From: a virus
Strand: one strand, 5' to 3'
DNA: 64,000 bases
Virus record (IMG/VR): IMGVR_UViG_3300023196_003068
Span: 1-64,000 of that record
The notes below the pieces were generated by a model that was given only the letters and a program-made list of their open reading frames with translations, did not search any database and was not told the origin of the DNA. The position numbers were made by a program, and so were the translations under genes. Shown here piece by piece: positions 1 to 9,325 of the stretch (the first letter of the stretch is position 1; each line of letters starts with the position of its first letter).

Positions 1-104
1 ATAAGAAAAAGATATGGTAGACGTACCACAATCATTCTTATTACGTGTGGGTATGTGGCTGCTCAACATAACACTTCGGAACTGAGGCCATGAAACATTA
101 AATT

Positions 105-569
105 ATGACACTTAACGATATAAAAACGTACATCATTAAACAAAATTTAGATAGCCCTTCTCGAAAAAGAAAAGCTATTGACCAACGTATGTATCTTTAT
201 GCATATATATATCACTTTTTAAACTATAAAAATCTCACCAAAATAGGGAAACTATTTGGTAATAGAAATCACGCGTCTATAAGACATGCATTAATTAATG
301 CACCGCAAATACAATTCCAGGAAGATTTCTTAAACAATACCAAAGAACTCAATGATCAAATCCCTATTATTATTCCAGAGTATAAACAGAGCTTAAAAAA
401 CATAACACACACCTACGAACTTAACATTAAGGTGTCACGTTCTGAATTCTATACTTATATGGAAACTAAGGATAACAAAATAGTTTATGACATACTATTT
501 CGCCACCTTATAGGCTCCGCACCAAAACTTAATAACTCAAGGAATCCTTTCAAAATATCAAACAAATAA
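105..569 (+). CDS. DnaA domain IV (C-terminal HTH)-like DNA-binding protein
   Basis: SRKRKAIDQRMYLY...LTKIGKLFGNRNHASIRHA matches the DnaA signature (R...AMYL...L.EIG..FGGRDHTTV.HA); no AAA+ domain. Confidence 0.7.
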   Translation: MTLNDIKTYIIKQNLDSPSRKRKAIDQRMYLYAYIYHFLNYKNLTKIGKLFGNRNHASIRHALINAPQIQFQEDFLNNTKELNDQIPIIIPEYKQSLKNITHTYELNIKVSRSEFYTYMETKDNKIVYDILFRHLIGSAPKLNNSRNPFKISNK

Positions 570-626
570 AGGTACTATCATCACTTCACTCTATACAATT
601 ATCACACTTATAAAAAACATCTATAA

Positions 627-1259
627 ATGGACACAGAAACTATTACCTATAAATCACATAAAATCGAAATAGAACAGGACGATTCAGCAGAAAATCCTAG
701 AACACATCACGATCCTATATCAACTATAGTAGCTAATGAGATTACATATAATGAATCCGAGCACACTGATTATTCTTCAATTAACGATTGGTTAGAATAC
801 GAAACATGGGAGGACATTAAAAAGCATTATATATTCAATGTTAAAATTGTAGCTATATTGCCTTTATACCTTCGCAATGATTGGGTTGATACATTAAATA
901 CAACACAGCAAGGTCGTCAGATAGGATTTATATATATTACCAAAGAATCCTGGAACAATCAAATGGGTACTGATTTTGACTCACACAAACAAAAAAGAAG
1001 CCTAGCCAATAGATATATAAAAGCAGAAATAGAAACACTTAATAATTGGCTTATGAATGATTGTTATGGTTGGACAATTCCATCACTAATGGAATCCTGT
1101 TGGGGGTTTTATGGTTCTGACCATAGTAAATCCGGTTTATTAGAATCCGCAAAAGATGAGATAGACCATGATCTTAGATACAAGCATAAAATACACCTTG
1201 AGAAGCTTAAAAAATACATTAAAGGAAATACACCAATACAATATAGATTTACGACATGA
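627..1259 (+). CDS. hypothetical phage protein
   Basis: 210-aa ORF with A-rich leader and ATGA overlap with the next gene; no motif recognised. Confidence 0.7.
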   Translation: MDTETITYKSHKIEIEQDDSAENPRTHHDPISTIVANEITYNESEHTDYSSINDWLEYETWEDIKKHYIFNVKIVAILPLYLRNDWVDTLNTTQQGRQIGFIYITKESWNNQMGTDFDSHKQKRSLANRYIKAEIETLNNWLMNDCYGWTIPSLMESCWGFYGSDHSKSGLLESAKDEIDHDLRYKHKIHLEKLKKYIKGNTPIQYRFTT

Positions 1260-2599
1260 AAAATCCTAAAAAAATATTAGATGCGAGAGAAACAAATATT
1301 GATTATACTCGCGATCAAGCAAAAGCATTAGTGCATATAGAATCCTTTTTATCCACAAATGATAAATTTTACCTACTTGTAGGTAATGCAGGAACCGGTA
1401 AAACAACTATTGCCGAAAATATAGCCAGATACTCAAATGCACTTATTTTAGCACCAACAAACGCAGCTATTAAAAGACTTAAGGATAAGTTTATGTCTGA
1501 AACAATTAAAGACAATCGATTTAAAACTATTCATCAAGCATTATACGGAACTCCAGACTTAGATACAGGAGAGTTTAGAATATCAGATAATATGGAATCT
1601 CGCTGCGTATACCTTATTGATGAAGTCTCTATGATTGATTTGAAAGTCTTAAAAGATTTAATAGTAGAAACCACCAAAAAGAATTCTCGAATCATATTTA
1701 TGGGAGATGATTTTCAATTGGAACCTATAGGATATGATCCTAAAATATTCCAATGGGAAGCCTGCCCATTTATGCTCGAACATCATAATGAACGATTCCA
1801 AGAAAATTGGAAGTTTAAGCTAAATGAAGTCAAGCGTAGCGATGGAGTAATTTTATCCGTAGCTACTCATTTGAGAAACAATAAAGGATGTCAAATCCTT
1901 AACTATAACACCCCTGAATTTAAGGTTGTTCCAAAATTCACCGAAGAATTACCTTTAGATATATCACACGAGAAAGATTTCATTGTCTTGGTATCTACCA
2001 ATAAAAGAAGAATGAAATACAACCAACATATTCGTATTGCTAAATTTAAAGAAGATGCAGTACATCCGGTTGTTGATGGAGAAAGATTAATATCAGTAGC
2101 TAATGCACAATACCTAAATGGAGATATATATACCATTCGACATCCAAAAATAATTGATGAATTTAATGTGGAGATAAATATAGGAACTCAAAATGATCCT
2201 AATTTTAAAGAATACCAATTTATCCTATTAGAGCATGAAGTAGAGAACTCTTTTAACTCATTTAAAACTCTTCTCATACCTAATTTAGATAAACCATCAT
2301 TACATCCCACAACATTACTATCATCACAATACATTAAAAATCACCCAAAACTTACTAAGTTCACAAAATCATATTACAACAAAAAAAAGATATGGAACAA
2401 TATGGTAAACATTTCAACATATGGATATGCCACATCAGTACATAAAAGCCAGGGCAACGAATGGGATACAGTTTATATTGATTGCGATTGGCTATCAAAT
2501 AAATGGAATCATGCACGTTGGCTATATACAGCTATCACAAGAGCTAAAAAACGTGTAGAATTAAAGAAGTCAAATTATTTTCAACTAATAGATATTTAA
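1256..2599 (+). CDS. SF1B helicase, Dda/RecD-like
   Basis: Walker A GNAGTGKTT, LAPTNAA, IDEVSM, GDDFQLEP, YATSVHKSQG, YTAITRAK. Confidence 0.93.
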   Translation: MKNPKKILDARETNIDYTRDQAKALVHIESFLSTNDKFYLLVGNAGTGKTTIAENIARYSNALILAPTNAAIKRLKDKFMSETIKDNRFKTIHQALYGTPDLDTGEFRISDNMESRCVYLIDEVSMIDLKVLKDLIVETTKKNSRIIFMGDDFQLEPIGYDPKIFQWEACPFMLEHHNERFQENWKFKLNEVKRSDGVILSVATHLRNNKGCQILNYNTPEFKVVPKFTEELPLDISHEKDFIVLVSTNKRRMKYNQHIRIAKFKEDAVHPVVDGERLISVANAQYLNGDIYTIRHPKIIDEFNVEINIGTQNDPNFKEYQFILLEHEVENSFNSFKTLLIPNLDKPSLHPTTLLSSQYIKNHPKLTKFTKSYYNKKKIWNNMVNISTYGYATSVHKSQGNEWDTVYIDCDWLSNKWNHARWLYTAITRAKKRVELKKSNYFQLIDI

Positions 2600-2600
2600 T

Positions 2601-3194
2601 ATGCCAAATTGGTGCTATAATAGCGTACAGTTCGATGGAGACGAAAAACAAATAAGTAGAATACAAAAGGTATTCGATAAAATGATACAAATTCAAGTAA
2701 GAACACAAAAAGCATCTAAATTTTTGCTTATAGAGAAAAATGAAGACCTACAATATTGCTTTGATATCAACTTTGAAAAAGGCGATGATCATATGTCATA
2801 TACAACCAGATGGAGTCCAGACCCCAAGACATTTGTAATAATATCTAAGCTGTTTAATGTCGGATTTCATTATGAGTGTGATGAATCAGGAATGGGAATC
2901 TATGGAGCATATAAATTTTGTCCACATGAAAACATTCTATACCAAAAATTTCTTACCGATGATGATATAAGTAGCTGTCATGTTTGTGATAACGAAGAAC
3001 ATGGAGATCCTTGTAAAAAAGAAGATTGCATGCATACCTTTGTAAATTACGACACAATGGATAATGCTCTTGAAGATACTTTATGGGAAGAATGTGAAGA
3101 ACATTCTAATATAGAATACAAACACCATGTAGATCCAAGACGCGAAATTCAAATAATTAATGGCGTTTATCCACCTACTAATGCAGATACTTAA
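2601..3194 (+). CDS. YubB/DUF1281-like ferredoxin-fold protein
   Basis: N-terminal MPNWCYN and internal TTRWSP...DESGMG are typical of this phage/plasmid family. Confidence 0.6.
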   Translation: MPNWCYNSVQFDGDEKQISRIQKVFDKMIQIQVRTQKASKFLLIEKNEDLQYCFDINFEKGDDHMSYTTRWSPDPKTFVIISKLFNVGFHYECDESGMGIYGAYKFCPHENILYQKFLTDDDISSCHVCDNEEHGDPCKKEDCMHTFVNYDTMDNALEDTLWEECEEHSNIEYKHHVDPRREIQIINGVYPPTNADT

Positions 3195-3573
3195 GATAAC
3201 ACTAAAAAAAGAAGGAGATAAGCTAATCATTCCAAATAAGTTGGATGAGGAAAGATATAAATTATTCATAAATTCCCTTGACCAGGATAATGAAGTTGAA
3301 GTCCTCTTTGAATTAAAAAAAGAAGACAACACAAAGTCTCAATTAGCCAAAATACATGTATGTATTAAAATTATGGCAGACGAACAAGGATCCAGTGTGC
3401 GAGACATGAAACAACAAGTAAAAAATGAATGTGGAATGTCTTATATGGATGAGAAACAAAATAAAGTATATGAATCCTTTGCTAAGTGCTCTAAAAAAGA
3501 GCTATCAAACGTAATAGAAACATGTATTCAAATGGCAAGATTCATGAATATTAATCTCAATCATCTAGATTGA
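3181..3573 (+). CDS. NinB-like recombination accessory protein (putative)
   Basis: TKSQLAKIH...MADEQG...MK...SFAKCSKKELSNVIE resembles the NinB/Orf pattern; ATG at 3181 preferred over 3160. Confidence 0.45.
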   Translation: MQILKITLKKEGDKLIIPNKLDEERYKLFINSLDQDNEVEVLFELKKEDNTKSQLAKIHVCIKIMADEQGSSVRDMKQQVKNECGMSYMDEKQNKVYESFAKCSKKELSNVIETCIQMARFMNINLNHLD

Positions 3574-3859
3574 TATCCGGAACAGGCTTATACACTAAAA
3601 CATCTTGTTCTGCAGCTGCATTTTCAATGCCCATAAGCATAACATACATTAAGTATAGCCTATGCTCTTTTAAAGTAGTAATCTTTTTATTAGATATGTT
3701 ATCTAATATCAAGCCAATACCTGCCTTATCCTCACCTTCAATAAGAAAATTATTGAAGACCGATTTCAGGCTAATATAATAATCACCTATTATTTCAATC
3801 TTAATAACTGAATCCTTGGGAATAGAAGGATATTTTTTAACTTTTAAATCATCACTCAT
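3557..3859 (-). CDS. hypothetical protein (lone inverted gene in the early block)
   Basis: 100-aa ORF that exactly fills the gap between two + strand genes, with protein-like composition. Confidence 0.65.
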   Translation of the reverse strand: MSDDLKVKKYPSIPKDSVIKIEIIGDYYISLKSVFNNFLIEGEDKAGIGLILDNISNKKITTLKEHRLYLMYVMLMGIENAAAEQDVLVYKPVPDINLDD

Positions 3860-4532
3860 GAGTAATACTAATAAAATTCAAGACACAATAAACAAACTTT
3901 GTACAAAATACGAAAAAACATCTTGGGTAGACACTCTACCAGTCATTTTTAAAACCGAAGAGTTTGAAATGGCCATGAACCAATTGATAAGTGACATCCA
4001 GGCGGGACAGCCTTTCACACCAACTTTCAAAGACTTATTTAAATCATTTGATCTTTGTCAATTAAAGGACGTAAAAGTTATCTTTGTTAACTCACATCCA
4101 TATTCAGAAAAAGGAATAGCCAATGGACTTGCCTTTGGTGGAGCTCTCAGCCCTTTTACAAAAGAAATCGATGATTTCTATCCTCTTCCTAATTTTGATG
4201 ATGATAAATTATCTTTAGAATATCTTCCTAAAAATGGAGTAATGCTTCTTAACAGAGCATTAACCTGTCCCATAGGAAAAGATACAGATCATATTCCCAT
4301 GTGGACACCCATATTTGATGAGCTATTTAAAGACATCGCATATAAAACATCAAAAACAATATTTGTATTTATTGGAAATGATGTAGAATACTTATCAAAG
4401 CACGTTAGAAAAGGGCAATATAAACTATTCATTCCCGAAATTCCATCTGAAGGTCAATGGGACTCTATAGATATACTAAATCGCATAAACGAAATCCTAA
4501 AAAAGATTGAAAAAGAACCGATTGATTGGTGA
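3858..4532 (+). CDS. uracil-DNA glycosylase family 1 homolog with degenerate catalytic motifs
   Basis: DLFKSF...DVKVIFVNSHPY...ANGLAF...GVMLLNRALT...H...W; the GQDPY motif reads NSHPY and there is no HPSP; ATG at 3858 preferred. Confidence 0.8.
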   Translation: MSNTNKIQDTINKLCTKYEKTSWVDTLPVIFKTEEFEMAMNQLISDIQAGQPFTPTFKDLFKSFDLCQLKDVKVIFVNSHPYSEKGIANGLAFGGALSPFTKEIDDFYPLPNFDDDKLSLEYLPKNGVMLLNRALTCPIGKDTDHIPMWTPIFDELFKDIAYKTSKTIFVFIGNDVEYLSKHVRKGQYKLFIPEIPSEGQWDSIDILNRINEILKKIEKEPIDW

Positions 4533-4559
4533 TAATTCACTATATTGGTAGCCCCTTTT

Positions 4560-5162
4560 ATGTTAAAGCAATCAACATTCTTTAGGAAACTAAAACAAAA
4601 AAAACTTACCCTGATGGAGTATCAAACTATCTATAATCTTAAGATAATAGACAATACAACGTTGTCTAAATCAACAAAAGATAAGATAAGAAAGATGATA
4701 CCATCTATATATATTAACCTTGGAAGTTGCACATTATCCGATAAAGGAGAAAGATTAGTTAATGAAATAGAAATGTTATTTAAGCCTCTTAAGAAGCTAA
4801 AAAACATTGAACTACTAGGAAATGATTTTAAAGAAAAAATCCAGGAGTTCGTAATGATATTTCCAAAACAAAAACTTCCTTCAAATAAATACGCAAGAGG
4901 TAATGTTAAGAACATAGAGATAAATTTTATGTGGTTCTTTCAAGAATACACAGACTATAATTGGAAGATAATATTAGAAGCTACTGAAAAATACGTAGAA
5001 GAATACAGACTAAACAATTATGAGTACATGAGAACAGCAATGTATTTTATTAAAAAGATAAAAGATAACACACCCGAATCGGAATTAGCAAACTATTGTG
5101 ACATTGTTACTAATTCTGATGATTACATCCCCAAGCGTCAAATTAAATCGCGTGTAGTATGA
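4560..5162 (+). CDS. putative replication initiator / helicase-loader-like protein
   Basis: wHTH-like N-terminus (LSDKGERL) and C-terminal YMRTAMYFIKK; coupled by ATGA overlap to the DnaB-like gene; function inferred from position. Confidence 0.4.
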   Translation: MLKQSTFFRKLKQKKLTLMEYQTIYNLKIIDNTTLSKSTKDKIRKMIPSIYINLGSCTLSDKGERLVNEIEMLFKPLKKLKNIELLGNDFKEKIQEFVMIFPKQKLPSNKYARGNVKNIEINFMWFFQEYTDYNWKIILEATEKYVEEYRLNNYEYMRTAMYFIKKIKDNTPESELANYCDIVTNSDDYIPKRQIKSRVV

Positions 5163-6169
5163 GTGAGAAAGCTAACAACACTACTGTACAAAATTGGATT
5201 TCACATCATATATTCTATGAAGAAGCTTTGCTTTATATGGAGAAGCGAGCAGAAGGTAAGATTCATAGCTTTAAAACTCCTTGGCATAAAATTAATGATG
5301 CAGGGATACTTGGGTTCGAATACAACTCTATAATCCTATTAGCGGCACGCCCCGGTGGAGGAAAGACTTTAATGAAAGATCAAATGATTCGTGAAGGTTT
5401 TCGTATCAACAAGGGGCAAGGAATACGCGTCTTAGAATTTAATTTTGAAATGGTAGGAAGAAACTCTAAGATAAGAGAATTCTCATCTGTAAGTAAACAC
5501 AGCTACAAATATTTATGTAGCGCAGAACAAGAAGGGGTTACTATTGATCCAGAACTCATTGAAAAATGTAGAAAATATGCAGCTTCGGCTTCAAAATATC
5601 CGATTGATGTTGTAGATAAACCAACTCCTGTAACAGGACTTCGTTCTACTATCATCAATTATATGGATTACCATTATAAAAAAAACGGAAGATATCCTAA
5701 AACAATTGTAACATTAGACCATTCAGTATTAGTAAAAAAAACTAAAGGACAATCAACTTTAGAAATGCTTAACGCTTTAGGAGAAATGACAACTGAACTA
5801 AAGAAAATATATCCAATACTTTTTATAATACTATCACAATTAAACAGAGAAATAGACTCCCCAGTAAGATGCGAAAATGGTAGACATGGGAATTATCCCT
5901 CACCAAATGATATCTTTGGAGGAGATGCATTAAATCAACATGCAGATATGGTAATCATTCTTGATAGACCAGCTCTTAGGCATATCACTGTATATGGACC
6001 AGAGCGATATATCATTGAAGATGATACACAATTAGTAGCTCATATTGTAAAAACTAGAACAGGAGATACTCGTATGAGTTTCTTTGGTGCAAATTTTAAA
6101 AATATGTCCATAGATGATGCAAACACTCCTCCACAAGAGGAGCCTAGAAAAAAACATGGCAAAAAATAA
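5159..6169 (+). CDS. DnaB-like (SF4) replicative helicase, C-terminal domain only
   Basis: AARPGGGKT, FNFEM, TLDH, ILSQLNR, ADMVIIL, VKTRTG. Confidence 0.9.
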   Translation: MSEKANNTTVQNWISHHIFYEEALLYMEKRAEGKIHSFKTPWHKINDAGILGFEYNSIILLAARPGGGKTLMKDQMIREGFRINKGQGIRVLEFNFEMVGRNSKIREFSSVSKHSYKYLCSAEQEGVTIDPELIEKCRKYAASASKYPIDVVDKPTPVTGLRSTIINYMDYHYKKNGRYPKTIVTLDHSVLVKKTKGQSTLEMLNALGEMTTELKKIYPILFIILSQLNREIDSPVRCENGRHGNYPSPNDIFGGDALNQHADMVIILDRPALRHITVYGPERYIIEDDTQLVAHIVKTRTGDTRMSFFGANFKNMSIDDANTPPQEEPRKKHGKK

Positions 6170-6653
6170 TAACATTGGTATGAGTAATAAAATAAAAATA
6201 GCCGAGTTACGCGAAAAACATGAAAGAACTTTCGAAAAATTAGGAGTACCCGATGCTCTTTATATTCCAAAAATGATCTTCGGAACACCTCTAAGATTAT
6301 TATTCTTTAGAAGTGAACTTGAAGCTGGCAAAGATATATACACAGAAAGAGTAAATCAAGATTATGAAACATTAGATGAAAAACGATCATTATATGTATG
6401 GAAATTTGATGCTGAATATAAAGATAAGCTAGAAAAAAAACCATATGGAGATGATGTCATGTATTATATTGACTTTAGTGACTTCAAATCTATTCCTATC
6501 AATGAAGAAGCAGCTAAATTTGATATTCCAGACCCTAATTCAGATGCTCCATTTGAAGAACTTATGGTTAGAGATTTATGTGCGATATTATGGAAGGAAC
6601 CAGTAAGCCAAAAAAGTTGGCTTAATGATTTAGTTAAACAAGTAAAACGTTAA
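6156..6653 (+). CDS. hypothetical protein in replication cluster
   Basis: ORF between the helicase and the AAA ATPase; ATG at 6156 preferred to limit overlap. Confidence 0.7.
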   Translation: MAKNNNIGMSNKIKIAELREKHERTFEKLGVPDALYIPKMIFGTPLRLLFFRSELEAGKDIYTERVNQDYETLDEKRSLYVWKFDAEYKDKLEKKPYGDDVMYYIDFSDFKSIPINEEAAKFDIPDPNSDAPFEELMVRDLCAILWKEPVSQKSWLNDLVKQVKR

Positions 6654-6655
6654 AA

Positions 6656-7480
6656 ATGCAAAAAATAAATTTACCAACAAAGCCGCGACCTGCGGTACAG
6701 TTAACACCAAGAAGAACAATATTATTTTCCAAGCCTAAGACAGGGAAAACTATAACGGTAAGCAAATTACCTAAATGTTTAATCCTTGATTTTGAAAAAG
6801 GAACATTGGCTATTGACGCAATAGCATATCAAATTAATAAAGTTAAAGATGTAATTGATGTATGTGCTCAAATAAAAGAGGATGGTTATCCTTATGATTA
6901 CATTGCTATAGATACGGCATCAGCATTAGAAGAAATGTGCCATCCAGAAGCTGAACGTAGATGGTCTAGAACAAAAGATGGATCCAAATGGTTTCTTACC
7001 GATGATAAAGGAAATCTACACCCACAATCAGGGAAGGCAACAATGGGAAATATATTAAATCTCCCTTTCGGTAAAGGCTATGCGTTAATAGCAGAAGTAT
7101 TTACAGAAGTGCTAAATATTATAGAAAAACATGCTCCAAAAATAATCATACTCGCACATAGCACATATGCTACAGTAAACAAAGAAGGAGTAGAATTTAA
7201 TTCACTTGACATAATGTTAGGAAAGAAAAGTAAATTCGCTGCAACATTCCGAGCAGATGCTATTGGATATATTTATCGTAAAGGAAAACAAAACTTTATA
7301 AACTTTACAGCATCAGAAGATGTAGGTGCTGGAGGAAGACATCGTTATTTAGAAAAAGACCATATTTTAATAAGTGAATGGGATATAGATAAAGAAGGTA
7401 ATGAAGAACTCATTACATATTGGGATAAGATTTACACCCCTAAGAATGGTAAATCAACTAAGAAAACCATTAAAAAATAA
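6656..7480 (+). CDS. Sak4-like / AAA_24 ATPase (ssDNA annealing recombinase)
   Basis: FSKPKTGKT, ILDFEKG, IAIDTAS, IILAH, ADAIGY; directly upstream of an SSB-like gene. Confidence 0.8.
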   Translation: MQKINLPTKPRPAVQLTPRRTILFSKPKTGKTITVSKLPKCLILDFEKGTLAIDAIAYQINKVKDVIDVCAQIKEDGYPYDYIAIDTASALEEMCHPEAERRWSRTKDGSKWFLTDDKGNLHPQSGKATMGNILNLPFGKGYALIAEVFTEVLNIIEKHAPKIIILAHSTYATVNKEGVEFNSLDIMLGKKSKFAATFRADAIGYIYRKGKQNFINFTASEDVGAGGRHRYLEKDHILISEWDIDKEGNEELITYWDKIYTPKNGKSTKKTIKK

Positions 7481-7483
7481 AAG

Positions 7484-8269
7484 ATGGGAATAAATACTAG
7501 TGACATAAAAGTAGGAGGGGGTAGCCTTCCAAAATCATTTACACCAGGAAATCATGTTTGTAAAATCAACAACATTTCTTTGCGATGGCCTAAGTACTTG
7601 CAAAATAAAGGCGAAAAAGCTTATGAAGTTGTTCTGGATTTAGAAACAAAACCCATCACTGAAGAATTTGAAGGATGGCTAATTGATTCCGAAAAAGAAA
7701 ACGGACCAAGATATCTTGGGCAAACCGGAAGAATTAAAAGTCGAAAATGGCCATACAAAGATGGATCGTGGACTAAAGACGGAAAAACTGTAAAATTTGA
7801 TATGGCTTTAGACATCCTAAAGGTAATCAAAAGCATTGAAAATGAATGTAACTCACAATTCCTTATGGAAACATCAGGAAAATACGATACAGTTGAAGAA
7901 ATCGTAGAGGCTTTTAATAACGCCAAGCCATTCAAAGATGTATATATGAACTGGTGCATAGGTGGAGAACAAGAAATACAAGATAACGGACATCCGAAGT
8001 ATTATATGTTTCTTCCTAAATACCAAAGAGGTACAAGCTTGTTCGCTAACGAAGAAAAAGCAAATCAAGTCCTCGTCTTTGACAAAGCATTGCATGTTGA
8101 AGGCAAGCCTTCAGCTCAACCAGTAGCTGGATTTTCAGCTAATGAAAATGAAGCTAAAGCAGGAGGAGCTGACGCATTATGGGATAATTCAGCTGATGAT
8201 AAAGAAGACCCGTTTGCGGTAGACAATTCATCTAATGATGAAGAAGATCCGTTTGCAGTAGAAGAATAA
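7484..8269 (+). CDS. single-stranded DNA-binding protein (phage type, acidic tail)
   Basis: PGNHVCKI N-terminal strand, acidic C-terminus with DPF motifs, position after the Sak4-like gene. Confidence 0.65.
   Translation: MGINTSDIKVGGGSLPKSFTPGNHVCKINNISLRWPKYLQNKGEKAYEVVLDLETKPITEEFEGWLIDSEKENGPRYLGQTGRIKSRKWPYKDGSWTKDGKTVKFDMALDILKVIKSIENECNSQFLMETSGKYDTVEEIVEAFNNAKPFKDVYMNWCIGGEQEIQDNGHPKYYMFLPKYQRGTSLFANEEKANQVLVFDKALHVEGKPSAQPVAGFSANENEAKAGGADALWDNSADDKEDPFAVDNSSNDEEDPFAVEE
8183..8260 (+). repeat. 2 x 39-bp imperfect tandem repeat encoding DNS..D.EDPFAV
   Basis: Copies begin at 8183 (DNSADDKEDPFAV) and 8222 (DNSSNDEEDPFAV). Confidence 0.85.
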
Positions 8270-8285
8270 CAATTTTTTCACTATT

Positions 8286-8318
8286 AAAAGGTGGGACACA
8301 ATAGTTCCACCTTTTTTT
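8286..8318 (+). terminator. rho-independent terminator
   Basis: AAAAGGTGGGAC / GTTCCACCTTTT stem running into a T tract, after the SSB gene. Confidence 0.85.
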
Positions 8319-8329
8319 AACCTTAATAT

Positions 8330-9325
8330 ATGGGAATAGACACTAGAATATTCAGCACAGATACGTTCCCTGTACCAAACACCTGGGTTTTTGAGAAATT
8401 CTTAAACCTTAGTGAGAGATTAACAGGACAATCCGTATCAATAAAATCAATCTTCAACAAAGAAGACAGTAATCCATCTATGATTATATATCTACATGAG
8501 AATAATAAGTATAAGTTTAAAGATTTCTCTACCGGACATCATGGAGATGCCGTAGATTTAATACAACTACTCTATCAATTACCTAATCGTCAGGAAGCAT
8601 TTCGAAAAACATATGATTTTTGGAAAGCTGATGATTATGAAAGCTATAGTATTGAAGAAATAATTCCAACTAAAAAAGAAGTAACTAATTATGTAGTACG
8701 ACAATGGAATACTAATGATGTTAACTATTGGACTAAATATTATTTAGGATCCGATATGTTAGAACACTACTGCATAAAACCATTAGAATCATATACTTTT
8801 AAAATTACAAGGGGGTCTGATGTTAGCGAAAAAATATTCGAAAACCCTTATTGTTATGGATATTTTAGAGCCAACGGAATGTTATATAAAATATACAATC
8901 CAAAAGCAAAGCGTACTAAATTCATTAAGGTTAAAAACTATATACAAGGACACGACCAATTAACTTACAAGAAAAATTGGTTAGTAATACTTGCATCTCT
9001 TAAAGACCTTATGACATTTATGAAGCTTAACCTATCAAACATAGAGTGCATTGCTCCAGACAGTGAGAACACTATGATTACTCCAAAGCAACTATCGTAC
9101 TATAGAAGGAGGTATAAATATATATCCGTTCTTTTTGATAATGATATAGCAGGAAAAAAAAGTGCTCTTAAATACAAAGAAAAATATGAGATTCCTTATA
9201 CAGAATTTGAAGTTGAGAAAGATATGGCTGACTGTATAAAAGAACATGGATTAAAAAACACGAGAATATTTCTTAAACCCCACTTATTAAAAACTAAAGA
9301 TGAACTTACCAGAAAAAATAGATAA
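8330..9325 (+). CDS. DNA primase (DnaG/TOPRIM type)
   Basis: Cys-free CHC2-like N-terminus (PS...FKDFSTG..GD), YKIYNP, SLKD, LFDNDIAG, KDMAD. Confidence 0.85.
   Translation: MGIDTRIFSTDTFPVPNTWVFEKFLNLSERLTGQSVSIKSIFNKEDSNPSMIIYLHENNKYKFKDFSTGHHGDAVDLIQLLYQLPNRQEAFRKTYDFWKADDYESYSIEEIIPTKKEVTNYVVRQWNTNDVNYWTKYYLGSDMLEHYCIKPLESYTFKITRGSDVSEKIFENPYCYGYFRANGMLYKIYNPKAKRTKFIKVKNYIQGHDQLTYKKNWLVILASLKDLMTFMKLNLSNIECIAPDSENTMITPKQLSYYRRRYKYISVLFDNDIAGKKSALKYKEKYEIPYTEFEVEKDMADCIKEHGLKNTRIFLKPHLLKTKDELTRKNR

Noticed and set aside
1-93. 3' end of an upstream gene
   Set aside because: More than one short frame is possible and there is too little sequence to choose
1349-1357. Perfect DnaA box TTATCCACA near the DnaA-domain gene (another at 62714-62722)
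   Set aside because: Both are single, inside coding sequence and unclustered; about one is expected by chance in 64 kb of AT-rich DNA
8330-9325. Primase as a pseudogene because it lacks zinc-finger cysteines and the TOPRIM Glu
   Set aside because: The ORF is intact with the DxD and KD motifs; this looks like lineage-level divergence, not decay
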